Part shown: positions 19,524 through 28,296 of the stretch, in pieces | Layout of the letters: the number at the start of each line of letters is the position of its first letter | Position numbering within the stretch: the stretch's first letter is position 1 | From: Azospira sp. | GTDB lineage: Bacteria; Pseudomonadota; Gammaproteobacteria; Burkholderiales; Rhodocyclaceae | NCBI GenBank assembly: GCA_035345235.1 | Contig: DAORCC010000002.1 | Span: 8,838 to 60,310, forward strand | DNA: 51,473 bases | Reading direction: 5' to 3' | The notes under the pieces: model-generated | What the model saw: the letters and a program-made list of their open reading frames with translations, nothing else | Database searches by the model: none | Told to the model about the DNA's origin: nothing | Position numbers and translations under genes: made by a program

Positions 19524-20474
19524 TCAGTGGTGGCGCACATGCCGGCGGGGCCGCAACTGGCGGCCGACCCATTGTTCGAATTCGGCCCGTGAGCAGCTCC
19601 CCTGCCGGTGCCGGCCCTTGCCTTCGACAATCCGGTAGGTGATCGTCCCGCGACGGTCGTTGCCGTCGCCGCTGAGCCCGACGATCTCGCGCACCGACCA
19701 GTGCCGGCCTGACCGCCGGCTACCATAGCAACCGCCAACCACCAGCGGCGTCGATGTGCGCGCTCCGCCGCCCGTTTCCCTTGCCAGCAGCAGCGACTGC
19801 TCGATCACTTCACGCAATTCTTCGGGACTCACATCGACGACGACGTTGAGGTGTTCCAGTACCTGCTGGATCTGGCGTTCGTCCGGCAGGATGCCGTGAT
19901 CGACGCTGTCGTCGTGAACGTAACGCATCAGGCTGGCCGGGTAGCGACGCCATGCAAACGGGTAGTTGTAGACAATGCCGACGCCGATGAGCAGCAGGCA
20001 GTTGAGTCCGACCGGCACGAGGGCATAGGCGAAGCCGAGCTGATGGATATCCGGCCCGCCGATGACGGCGGCGAGCGCCGTGGCCCCGCCGGGGGGGTGG
20101 ATACAGCGTGTCGCATGCATGGCAACGATGGCAAGCCCGACGGCTGCCGCTGCCGCGAACGTTGGTTCCGGAATCAGCTGCTGACAGGCGACGCCGACCA
20201 GTCCCGAGAGGACGTTGCCGCCGACCACCGACCACGGTTGCGCGAAGAGGCTGTGCGGCGCGGCGAAGACGAGCACCGCCGTGGCGCCCAGCGAGGGCAC
20301 GAGAAAGACGGCCGCATGCCGCCCGAGCAGCGCATGGGTGACCATGACGACGGTCGAGATACCGATGAGCGCGCCGATGGCGGCCGCCCATTGTTCGCTG
20401 CGGTGTGGCGTCGTTGCGGGAATGCCGAGGAGGTGGGCCAGCCGGGAGAGGCGACTGGTGGCGGGAAGAAGCAC
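19524..20474 (-). CDS. HPP family membrane protein with non-CBS C-terminal extension
   Basis: SLGATAVLVFAAPHSLFAQPWSVVGG, CIHPPGGATAL, WRRYP. Confidence 0.88.
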   Translation of the reverse strand: MLLPATSRLSRLAHLLGIPATTPHRSEQWAAAIGALIGISTVVMVTHALLGRHAAVFLVPSLGATAVLVFAAPHSLFAQPWSVVGGNVLSGLVGVACQQLIPEPTFAAAAAVGLAIVAMHATRCIHPPGGATALAAVIGGPDIHQLGFAYALVPVGLNCLLLIGVGIVYNYPFAWRRYPASLMRYVHDDSVDHGILPDERQIQQVLEHLNVVVDVSPEELREVIEQSLLLARETGGGARTSTPLVVGGCYGSRRSGRHWSVREIVGLSGDGNDRRGTITYRIVEGKGRHRQGSCSRAEFEQWVGRQLRPRRHVRHH

Positions 20475-20536
20475 AGGCGGGTTCCGTTCGAAGCCGGTTG
20501 CAGGCGTTGGACCGGCATTTTGACGGATCCCGAAAA

Positions 20537-20555
20537 AATATCAAGTCATGATATT
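20537..20555. promoter_or_regulatory. AT-rich palindrome upstream of the HPP gene (putative operator)
   Basis: AATATCA-agtca-TGATATT, a perfect 7-5-7 inverted repeat in GC-rich surroundings. Confidence 0.45.
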
Positions 20556-20596
20556 AGTGGTGCCTGAACGGATCGTCCTGACTGCTTCGTTCGCTC

Positions 20597-21040
20597 CTAT
20601 TGACCGGGCCGGAAGCGCATCGTGCCGCTGTCTGCCGGGAGTTCGAGATAGAGCTTGCCGCCCTCGACGAAATAGCCGCCTGCCTGACCGAGATCCTTGG
20701 CGAAGCGCCGATCAAGCGAACCGGGCGGACAGGCCATCATGGTTGTCGCCATGGTGCCGAAACTGATGCGTCCCGGCTCGACGATCCGGTAGCTGCCGCC
20801 GCCACGATTGCAGTCGAAGCGTGAATTGGCGCGCCCGTCCGGTAGCAGCAGCAAGGTGTAGCGGTCCGGCGCAGGCGAGGTGATCTTTTCGACCGGTGTC
20901 TGTGTCTCTTCCCATTGCCACGTCGTGCCGGTGATCATCGTCGGATCCTTCGAGCGCGCCGGCAATGGCCCGGGCTTGCTGGCACAAGCGGTAACCAGCG
21001 TCAGCAGAGCGGGCAGCAAGAGTGTGACAATCCGTGGCAT
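20597..21040 (-). CDS. META-domain (HslJ-like) lipoprotein
   Basis: Lipobox-like LVTAC; GTTWQW, DCNRGGGSY, ATTMMACPPGSLD, LYLEL..GTMRF. Confidence 0.88.
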   Translation of the reverse strand: MPRIVTLLLPALLTLVTACASKPGPLPARSKDPTMITGTTWQWEETQTPVEKITSPAPDRYTLLLLPDGRANSRFDCNRGGGSYRIVEPGRISFGTMATTMMACPPGSLDRRFAKDLGQAGGYFVEGGKLYLELPADSGTMRFRPGQ

Positions 21041-21143
21041 GGCGTTCTCCGGGCAATGGCCGCGATTCTAGCGCCTTGTGCCGGGAAATGCCTTAAAATA
21101 CGGCCCTTTAGTTCTCTGTGCAGCCAACCAATCGGGTTCGATC

Positions 21144-22106
21144 ATGATCAAGAATGCATTGCTTCTGGGAGGAAGCGGTTTCGTCGGAACGTGGATTGCC
21201 AACCGCCTGTCGAAGGCCGGCGTCAATGTCACCATCCCGACCCGCCGCCGCGAGCGCAACAAGGCCAACATCATGCTGCCGCAGGTGGAAGTGGTCGAGG
21301 CCAACATCAATGACGAAGCACAGCTCGTCGAACTGATGCGCGGTCAGGATGTCGTGATCAACCTCGTCGGCGTGCTGCACGACCATGACTCGCAGATTCC
21401 TTATGGCAAGGGTTTTGGTGCCGCCCATGTCGAGCTGCCGAAGAAGATCGTCGCGGCAATGAAACAGGCCGGTGTCCGCCGCCTCGTGCACATGAGCGCG
21501 CTCGGTGCCGAGGTGGGCGGCTGTTCCGAATACATCCGCTCGAAGGGCGAGGGCGAGGCCATCGTCATGGCGGCCGCCAAGGATCTCGACGTGACCGTCT
21601 TCTGCCCGTCGGTGATCTTCGGTATCGGCGACAATTTCCTCAACACCTTCGCCAAGGTGCTGAAGATTGCCCCGTCCTTCGCGTCCGGCGGCATGCAGGC
21701 AAAGTTCCAACCGGTCTACGTCGGCAACGTTGCCGACGCCTTCGTTTCCTGCATCGAGAATCGCGACACCTTCGGCCAGCGCTACGAGCTGTGCGGCCCG
21801 AAGGTCTACACGCTGCGCGAACTGGTCGAATACGTGCGCGACCTGACCGGCCAGCAGCACAAGAAGGTCAAGGAACTCTCCGACCTGTGGGCTTACCTGC
21901 AAGCCGGCATCCTCTGGCTGCTGCCGAACCCGCCGATGTCGCCGGACAACCTGCGCTCGATGGACAAGGACAACGTCGCCAGCGCCGACGGTCAGACCTA
22001 TCCAGGCTGGAATCCGGCCCCGCTTGAGTCGATCGCCCCGACCTATCTCGGCAAGGTGGCACCGAAGTCCAAGCTGGATGACTTCCGCTACCACGCGGGA
22101 CGTTGA
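21144..22106 (+). CDS. Complex I NDUFA9-family NAD(P)-binding atypical SDR
   Basis: LLGGSGFVG, VINLVGVL, HMSALGA, SEYIRSKGEGE, PSVIFG, FQPVYVGNVA, YELCGPKVYTL. Confidence 0.9.
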   Translation: MIKNALLLGGSGFVGTWIANRLSKAGVNVTIPTRRRERNKANIMLPQVEVVEANINDEAQLVELMRGQDVVINLVGVLHDHDSQIPYGKGFGAAHVELPKKIVAAMKQAGVRRLVHMSALGAEVGGCSEYIRSKGEGEAIVMAAAKDLDVTVFCPSVIFGIGDNFLNTFAKVLKIAPSFASGGMQAKFQPVYVGNVADAFVSCIENRDTFGQRYELCGPKVYTLRELVEYVRDLTGQQHKKVKELSDLWAYLQAGILWLLPNPPMSPDNLRSMDKDNVASADGQTYPGWNPAPLESIAPTYLGKVAPKSKLDDFRYHAGR

Positions 22107-22134
22107 TCGCCCCGGCCGCCGCCGCTGACCTTGC

Positions 22135-23343
22135 ATGAAGGTCTACGTCGTCGGCGGTGCCGTTCGCGATGAACTGCTGAACCTGCCGGTCCAGGATCGT
22201 GACTGGGTCGTTGTCGGGGCCACCCCCGAGGAAATGCTGGCGGCCGGGTTCCGGCCGGTCGGCAAGGATTTTCCGGTCTTCCTGCATCCGCGGACCCAAG
22301 AGGAATATGCGCTCGCCCGGACCGAGCGCAAGACGGCGCCGGGCTATGCCGGCTTCGCCTTTCACGCCGCTCCCGATGTCACGCTGGAAGAGGATCTGGC
22401 CCGTCGGGACCTGACCATCAATGCGATGGCCCGCGGGGACGACGGCGTGTTGGTCGATCCTTACGGCGGGCAGGCCGATCTTTCCGCTCGGGTGTTCCGC
22501 CATGTCGGCCCGGCTTTCGTCGAAGACCCCGTGCGCATCCTGCGTCTAGCCCGTTTTGCTGCGCGCTTTACCGAATTCACCGTTGCGCCGGAGACGATGG
22601 CGCTGATGCGCGAAATGGTTGGCAATGGCGAGGTCGATGCGCTCGTTCCGGAACGCGTGTGGCAGGAACTTTCACGTGGACTGATGGAGACGCAGCCGTC
22701 GCGCATGTTTGATGTGCTGCGCGAATGCGGGGCGCTGAAACGGCTGTTGCCCGAACTGGACCGCCTCTGGGGCGTGCCGCAGCGCGCCGAATACCATCCG
22801 GAAATCGATACCGGCGTGCACGTAATGATGGTCGTCGATACCGCTGCCCGCCGCGACCAGGAACTGCCGGTGCGCTTCGCCGCCCTGCTGCACGATCTCG
22901 GCAAGGGCACGACACCGAAGGACGAGTGGCCGCGCCACATCGCGCACGAAGCACGCAGCGTCAAACTGGCCGAAACGGTTTGTGCGCGCCTGAAAGTCCC
23001 TGCCGACTGTCGCGATCTGGCGGTGCTTGCCGCCCGCTATCACGGCGACATCCATCGCGCCGAGGAATTGCGGCCCGACACGATCGTGCGTTTGTTCGAG
23101 AAGACCGATGCACTGCGCCGGCCGCAGCGCTTCGAGCAGCTGTTGCAGGCCTGTGCCGCTGACTTCAACGGTCGGCTGGGGTGGGAGGACAGGCCCTACA
23201 CGGCGCCCGAGCGGCTGCGTCGTGCGCTCACAGCCGTGCAGGCCGTGCCGGCCGGCGACATTGCCAGGGGTTGTGCTGACCCGGCGCAGATCCCGGAACG
23301 CATCCACGCCGCCCGGGTCGAGGCGGTCAAAGCAGTCGACTGA
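22135..23343 (+). CDS. cca: Multifunctional CCA-adding/repair enzyme
   Basis: VGGAVRD, DRDWVVVG, EYALARTERK, DLARRDLTINAMA, EDPVRILR, HD domain (HPEIDTGVH, LLHDLGKG). Confidence 0.96.
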   Translation: MKVYVVGGAVRDELLNLPVQDRDWVVVGATPEEMLAAGFRPVGKDFPVFLHPRTQEEYALARTERKTAPGYAGFAFHAAPDVTLEEDLARRDLTINAMARGDDGVLVDPYGGQADLSARVFRHVGPAFVEDPVRILRLARFAARFTEFTVAPETMALMREMVGNGEVDALVPERVWQELSRGLMETQPSRMFDVLRECGALKRLLPELDRLWGVPQRAEYHPEIDTGVHVMMVVDTAARRDQELPVRFAALLHDLGKGTTPKDEWPRHIAHEARSVKLAETVCARLKVPADCRDLAVLAARYHGDIHRAEELRPDTIVRLFEKTDALRRPQRFEQLLQACAADFNGRLGWEDRPYTAPERLRRALTAVQAVPAGDIARGCADPAQIPERIHAARVEAVKAVD

Positions 23344-23524
23344 TCGCGAAGAAAAGCAGCGAGAGCAGGATGGTCGTCGTGAACGGAAAGAAGTAGTCGC
23401 GGCCGCGCCAGCGAACCGAGACGTCACCCGGCAGGCGTCGCGCCGGTGATCCTTGCCGAAGTCGTGGGGTCAGCAGGCCGAGGATGATGACAACAATGGC
23501 GATCGTCAGCAGCCATTTCAACAT
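23327..23524 (-). CDS. DUF2905 family small membrane protein
   Basis: MLKWLL..RLPGDV..YFFPFTTTILLSLL. Confidence 0.82.
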   Translation of the reverse strand: MLKWLLTIAIVVIILGLLTPRLRQGSPARRLPGDVSVRWRGRDYFFPFTTTILLSLLFFAISRLL

Positions 23525-24024
23525 CAGCGGCCGCGCCGCTCGGTGATTTTCAGGAGCGCGGGCGACAGGGTCTGTTCGCGCTCGCGGGCGGCGGCGTATG
23601 CCTGCTTCGCTTCCTGCCGGAGACCGGCATCCTCCAGCGACAGTCCCAGACCGACCCACCAGCGCCCTTCCTGGGGCTGTAACGCGATGGCGCGCCGGTA
23701 GGCCGCCGCCGCCTCACCCGGGCGCTTCTGCTGACGCAATACGGTGCCAACGAAACCCTGATACTCGGCGTCCTTCAGCGCGTAAGGCTGAGAGCGTTCG
23801 AGGACGCGCCACGCGGCCTCCCAGTTGCGGGCTTCGGCATGCAGGCGCGCCAGCCGTTTTGCCGCAGCGATGCGCGAAGGATCGCGCTCGACGACGATCT
23901 CGAGCGGGGCCGTGAGGTCGGAGAAGCCACTTCGTGCAATATCGGCGAGTGCGCTTCGTCCAGACAGCGCGATGAAGAGTCCGGCGACAGCGATGCTGCA
24001 GCGCATGAGGGAAGCTGCTTTCAT
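23524..24024 (-). CDS. Secreted TPR protein (resembles the C-terminal TPR region of MshN-like proteins)
   Basis: Signal-like N-terminus; AEYQGFVGTVL..AAAAYRRAIALQPQEGRWWVGLGLSLE..EAKQAY. Confidence 0.7.
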   Translation of the reverse strand: MKAASLMRCSIAVAGLFIALSGRSALADIARSGFSDLTAPLEIVVERDPSRIAAAKRLARLHAEARNWEAAWRVLERSQPYALKDAEYQGFVGTVLRQQKRPGEAAAAYRRAIALQPQEGRWWVGLGLSLEDAGLRQEAKQAYAAAREREQTLSPALLKITERRGR

Positions 24025-24109
24025 GAAGAGACTTGCCGAGGAACGGTGAAATCGCATTTAATCATGGAAACTGCGCTGGCTGCAGTTCCATCCCACCGAA
24101 CAGGTTCCC

Positions 24110-24721
24110 TTGATCACGCTCTACACATGGGCGACGCCCAATGGCCGCAAGATCTCGATCATGCTCGAGGAGTGCGGTCTACCCTATGTCGTGAAGTCGA
24201 TCGACATCACCCGGGATGAACAGTTTTCCGCCTCGTTCGTCGCCATCAATCCGAATGCGAAGATCCCGGCCATCGTCGATGACGAGGCGTCGGTCAGCGT
24301 CTTCGAATCAGGGGCGATCCTCGTCTATCTCGCGGAGAAGACCGGGCGTTTCCTTCCGGCGGCGGGGGCGGCGCGCTACGCCACGCTGCAGTGGCTGATG
24401 TTCCAGATGGGCGGTGTCGGGCCGATGTTCGGCCAGGTGCACCACTTCCGGCGCTTTGCCCAGGCACCCGTGCCGTATGCGATCGAACGTTTCGACAAGG
24501 AAGCGCGGCGGCTCTACGGCGTGCTCGACCGGCGACTCGGTGAGGCGGAGTTTCTCGCTGGTGATGGCAACTATTCAATTGCCGACATGGCCACCTATCC
24601 CTGGGTGGCACGGCACAAATGGCAGGAGATTGATTTGAACGAATTCACGAATGTCAGCCGCTGGTTTGCTGCGGTCGGAACGCGGCCGGCAGTGCAACGC
24701 GGCATGGCGGTACCGGCATGA
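24110..24721 (+). CDS. Glutathione S-transferase, YfcG/Nu class
   Basis: TPNGRKI, INPNAKIPAI, FESGAIL, QWLMFQMGGVGPM, YSIADMATYPW, RPAVQRG. Confidence 0.92.
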   Translation: MITLYTWATPNGRKISIMLEECGLPYVVKSIDITRDEQFSASFVAINPNAKIPAIVDDEASVSVFESGAILVYLAEKTGRFLPAAGAARYATLQWLMFQMGGVGPMFGQVHHFRRFAQAPVPYAIERFDKEARRLYGVLDRRLGEAEFLAGDGNYSIADMATYPWVARHKWQEIDLNEFTNVSRWFAAVGTRPAVQRGMAVPA

Positions 24722-25533
24722 TCGCGCGTCGGGTCAATCAGCTCGAAGTCCTGTCGTGCGAGCCGAAGGAACGTCGCCATGCGGCGCCACTGCTCTTCGT
24801 GCACGGCGCCTTTGCCGGCGCCTGGGTCTGGGATGAGCATTTCCTGCCGTGGTTCGCGGCGCAGGGCTTCAGCGCGCACGCCCTGTCGTTGCGCGGCCAT
24901 GGCGGCAGTGCCGGCCATGAACGCATCGACTGGTACAGCATCCACGACTATGTCGAGGACGTTGCCGAGGTCATCGCCGATCTTGCTGCGGCGCCCGTCC
25001 TGATCGGCCACTCGATGGGCGGCTTCGTCGTGCAGAAATATCTGGAGCGGCACAGCGTACCGGCGGCCGTGCTGATGTGCTCGGTGCCGCCGCAGGGGCT
25101 GGTGGCTGCGCAGTTCTCGTTGCTCTTCGAAAAGCCGGGGCTGATGATGGAAATCAACCGCCTGCTCGGCGGCGGCGACGTGGCGCTCGACGTGCTGCGA
25201 GATGCGCTTTTTGCGCAGGAAGTCAGCGACGAGACGCTGCGTCGCTACTACCGCATGATGCAGCCGGAGTCGCAGCGGGCGATCTGGGACATGTCGGTGT
25301 TCAGCCTGCCGAATCTCAATGCGATGGCGAAACCTCCGCTACTGGTACTCGGTGCCGAGAAGGATGTGCTGATGCCCGCTTTCCTCGTGCAATCGACGGC
25401 CCGCACCTATGGCGTGCCGGACAGGATCTTCCGCGGCATGGGCCACGGCGTGATGCTGGAAAAGGAGTGGCAGCACGTCGCGGAAACCATCCGCGACTGG
25501 CTGGACAAGGTAGTCTGGGGGTTTGGGTCCTAG
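24718..25533 (+). CDS. Alpha/beta hydrolase
   Basis: FVHGA, SLRGHGGS, GHSMGG nucleophile elbow, GAEKD, MGHGVM. Confidence 0.9.
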   Translation: MIARRVNQLEVLSCEPKERRHAAPLLFVHGAFAGAWVWDEHFLPWFAAQGFSAHALSLRGHGGSAGHERIDWYSIHDYVEDVAEVIADLAAAPVLIGHSMGGFVVQKYLERHSVPAAVLMCSVPPQGLVAAQFSLLFEKPGLMMEINRLLGGGDVALDVLRDALFAQEVSDETLRRYYRMMQPESQRAIWDMSVFSLPNLNAMAKPPLLVLGAEKDVLMPAFLVQSTARTYGVPDRIFRGMGHGVMLEKEWQHVAETIRDWLDKVVWGFGS

Positions 25534-25715
25534 GCCTGCGTGTCGACGTTCTGGCCGAGGTTGGGCGGATTGTTGTACTGCACCGGCGCCGGCAGGGCCG
25601 CCAACAGTTGCTGGGCGTTCTGCACTTCAATGTCGAGTACCTTCTTCAGGACGGCGATGCCGATCGCCGTACCGGTTTGTTCGGCTGTTGCTGAAACGGC
25701 ATTGACGTCCATCAT
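25530..25715 (-). CDS. YjfB family (putative motility) small protein
   Basis: IAVLKKVLDIE..AQQLLAAL..NLGQNVDTQA. Confidence 0.8.
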   Translation of the reverse strand: MMDVNAVSATAEQTGTAIGIAVLKKVLDIEVQNAQQLLAALPAPVQYNNPPNLGQNVDTQA

Positions 25716-25877
25716 CGAACCCTCCGCTGGAAGACTGATTATGGCCGCTGCGGCGCGGAAGTAAAGCCCGCAACGCGCTATCTGCAGTGCCGACCCGATC
25801 CGGACTCAACCTTTTCCCGTCTCGTCCGTTAGTCCACTTGCGGACGCCTCACGGGGAGGCGCATAAGGGTGGTCGCC

Positions 25878-26069
25878 ATGGAAATGGATTCGGACAGGGT
25901 CATTCACGAGGAAAGCTGCGTCGCCTACGACGACGAAGTGCTCAATGCGGGTTGGGCCGAAGTCCCTCGCCTGGAACCCCGCCTGCAGGAGGTGCCGGTA
26001 GCGCACCGCGAACCGAGCGAGGGCGAGGTCGACGGCTTTCTCGCGCGTCTGTACGCCGCCCAGGAATGA
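25878..26069 (+). CDS. Small acidic hypothetical protein (63 aa)
   Basis: ATG preceded by AAGGGTGG; host-like codon usage; fills the gap between flanking genes. Confidence 0.6.
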   Translation: MEMDSDRVIHEESCVAYDDEVLNAGWAEVPRLEPRLQEVPVAHREPSEGEVDGFLARLYAAQE

Positions 26070-26087
26070 CGGCCGTTCCGGGCGTGT

Positions 26088-26930
26088 TCAGTTGCGGCGC
26101 ATGCTGGTCGTCGCTGCGACGAAGCGCAGGTTGCCCGCATCCAGCGCGTACTGCTGACCGACCGCATCGAGGACTTCGGTAATGCGCTCACTGGCTGTGG
26201 CGACATGCTGCGGGCGTGAATCGGCCGCGTTGCCTTTCTTCATTTCGCTGATCGCGCGGTCGAAGAACATCCATTGCATTGCGGCCAGATTGAGCGCCTC
26301 CCGGCTGGCCGGGGTATTCTCGTGGGCATCGTTCAGTTCGCGCATGGTCGTCGCGAATTCCTTGCGTGCCTGGTCGATATCGACCAGGCGACCGCTCGAA
26401 CGGTCACCGGCCTGCGCCAGCAGATAGAGGCGAGCGAGCCGCTGGGCCAGCATGTTCTGGCGCATCGAGAGATCGAGCAGGCGCCCGCTGCCGCCTTCAG
26501 CCTCGGATTCGATCCTCGTCGCGAGTCGCCCCGTGGCGAGCATGAGATCGTCGGCGAGATAACTGACGGTCTGCGTGTTGCTATCGTTATAGGGCAGCGC
26601 CAGTACGATCCGGTATTCCAGCCACAGTTCGGTGACGCGCGCATAGTCACGTCGGGTCGTCGGCTGGGTGGCATACGGCTTCAGGTGCGCCAGTGCGGCA
26701 TCGAACTGGGCAGTGCCGCGTGCCAGTTGCCCCGTCGCCGTGCCCGCCTGGATGCCCAGCCCGGCCTGTAGCCACAACTTGGCCAGGCGCTGTGACTGGG
26801 CGCGCAGCTTGCCGGCGCTGACGATATCCTGGGCGATGGCCGGCATGGCGGGTTCGTTGGAGGGCGCAGCGGCTGCGGGGGCGGTAGCCATTGTCAGCGC
26901 AAGGGCCAGCAGGCAAAGCATCATTTTCAT
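26088..26930 (-). CDS. Secreted protein with two tandem PilJ/NarX-like four-helix sensor domains
   Basis: Signal peptide; two P-box-like motifs, IVSAGKLRAQSQRLAK and LLDLSMRQNMLAQRLAR; no TM or signalling domain after the signal peptide. Confidence 0.75.
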   Translation of the reverse strand: MKMMLCLLALALTMATAPAAAAPSNEPAMPAIAQDIVSAGKLRAQSQRLAKLWLQAGLGIQAGTATGQLARGTAQFDAALAHLKPYATQPTTRRDYARVTELWLEYRIVLALPYNDSNTQTVSYLADDLMLATGRLATRIESEAEGGSGRLLDLSMRQNMLAQRLARLYLLAQAGDRSSGRLVDIDQARKEFATTMRELNDAHENTPASREALNLAAMQWMFFDRAISEMKKGNAADSRPQHVATASERITEVLDAVGQQYALDAGNLRFVAATTSMRRN

Positions 26931-27027
26931 CGGGGAGCGTGGGGTTCGTTATCGAAGCCCGCATTGCACCATCCGATTGTTGCAGCGCAATGAAGCTGCG
27001 CTCCCGGGTCTGTGTATGTAACAGCTT

Positions 27028-28185
27028 CTAGAGTTTGCTGCTCTGGTCCCCGGCGGTGAAGCCGACCAGCGGCTCGTCGATGCCTCGTCCGAGCGCGATG
27101 ACCTTGAACAGTTCGCCCATCTCCGCGGGCGAAATCAGCTTGTGCACGGCGTTGGCGAGCGGCAGGTAACGTGCCGCATCGGTCGCCGGGGTCCGTGCCA
27201 CGACGTCGGTCAGCCCGCAGTTGAGCAGAAAGGTCGCCTGATTCGTGTAGCCGAGGAAGTCCAGCCCGGCTTCGGTGCCGGCTTCCGCGATGGCGGTGAA
27301 ATCCACATGCACGGTGATGTCCTGCAGCCCGGGCAAGAAGAAGGGATCGGGGTGGGCATGGTGGCGGTAGTGGCACATCAGCGTGCCTTCGTTGCGCTGC
27401 GGGTGATAGAACTCACGGCGCGGAAAACCGTAGTCGATCAGCAGCAGGGCGCCGCGACCAAGGATCGCCGCCCAGGAAGCCGTCCATGCCGCAGCGGCGA
27501 GCCCGATTTCCGACAGATAGCCTTCGCCAGCGGTGACATTTCCAGAGAGCTCCCGGGCTCGTGCGAGCACTGCAGCGGTGGCCGGACGCTCCTCCCATTC
27601 GAAGCCGTCGTCGCCAAGGCTGACACCGCGTTCGGCGATGGTGCCGTTCTGCCAGCGGACGAGGTGCGCAGGGATCGCGTCGAGCAGTTCATTGGCCAGC
27701 ACCAGCCCGTCGAGGTGCGTGGGCAGGGCGTCCAGCCAGTGCACCCGCGCCAGCAGGTGCGGCACTGTCGCCGCGATTGTCTGTCGCTGCCGTTCGCGCA
27801 GCTCGCCGGAGAGTTCGAGAATCAGATAACGCTCGGGCGTGGCGCCACGTTGCGCGAGTTCGGCCAGCAGGTCGGCGGCGAGCCGCCCGGAGCCTGCGCC
27901 GACCTCAAGGATCTGCCGCGCGCTGACAGCCATGATCTGCGCGACCTGCGTCGCCAGCGACTGCGCGAAGGCGGGCGTCAGTTCGGGCGCGGTGACGAAA
28001 TCGCCGGCAGCGCCGAATTTTCGGGCGCCGCCCGAGTAATAACCCAGTCCCGGTGCGTAGAGAGCCAGTTCCATGAAGCGTGCAAAGGAGATCCAGCCAC
28101 CGGCGTCGGCAATCGCGTCGGCAATATGGGCCTGCAGGCGGCGGCTGTGCAGCGATGCATCGGGATCGGGGGTCGGGAGGGCCAT
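27028..28185 (-). CDS. MidA/NDUFAF7-family SAM-dependent methyltransferase
   Basis: FMELALYAPGLGYY, GDFVTAPE, ILEVGAGSG, ANELLDAIP, IDYG, PGLQDITVHVDF, EMGELFKV. Confidence 0.93.
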   Translation of the reverse strand: MALPTPDPDASLHSRRLQAHIADAIADAGGWISFARFMELALYAPGLGYYSGGARKFGAAGDFVTAPELTPAFAQSLATQVAQIMAVSARQILEVGAGSGRLAADLLAELAQRGATPERYLILELSGELRERQRQTIAATVPHLLARVHWLDALPTHLDGLVLANELLDAIPAHLVRWQNGTIAERGVSLGDDGFEWEERPATAAVLARARELSGNVTAGEGYLSEIGLAAAAWTASWAAILGRGALLLIDYGFPRREFYHPQRNEGTLMCHYRHHAHPDPFFLPGLQDITVHVDFTAIAEAGTEAGLDFLGYTNQATFLLNCGLTDVVARTPATDAARYLPLANAVHKLISPAEMGELFKVIALGRGIDEPLVGFTAGDQSSKL

Positions 28186-28296
28186 GATCGGTGGCTGGGG
28201 AGGGGCAGGAAAGGCTCTATTTTACGGGGCTTGCACATGGTTTGACCGGCCATTTCTTGGTATCGTTGGCAGCTCCACAGGCGAAGGGAGGTCACA

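Noticed and set aside
27010-27024. CTGT-gtatgta-ACAG as a LexA box
   Set aside because: The spacer is 7 nt, not 8, and it does not precede an SOS-type gene.
28231-28245. TTGCAC-N5-TTGA as a sigma-54 promoter for the FIST gene
   Set aside because: Lacks both the invariant GG (-24) and GC (-12) dinucleotides.
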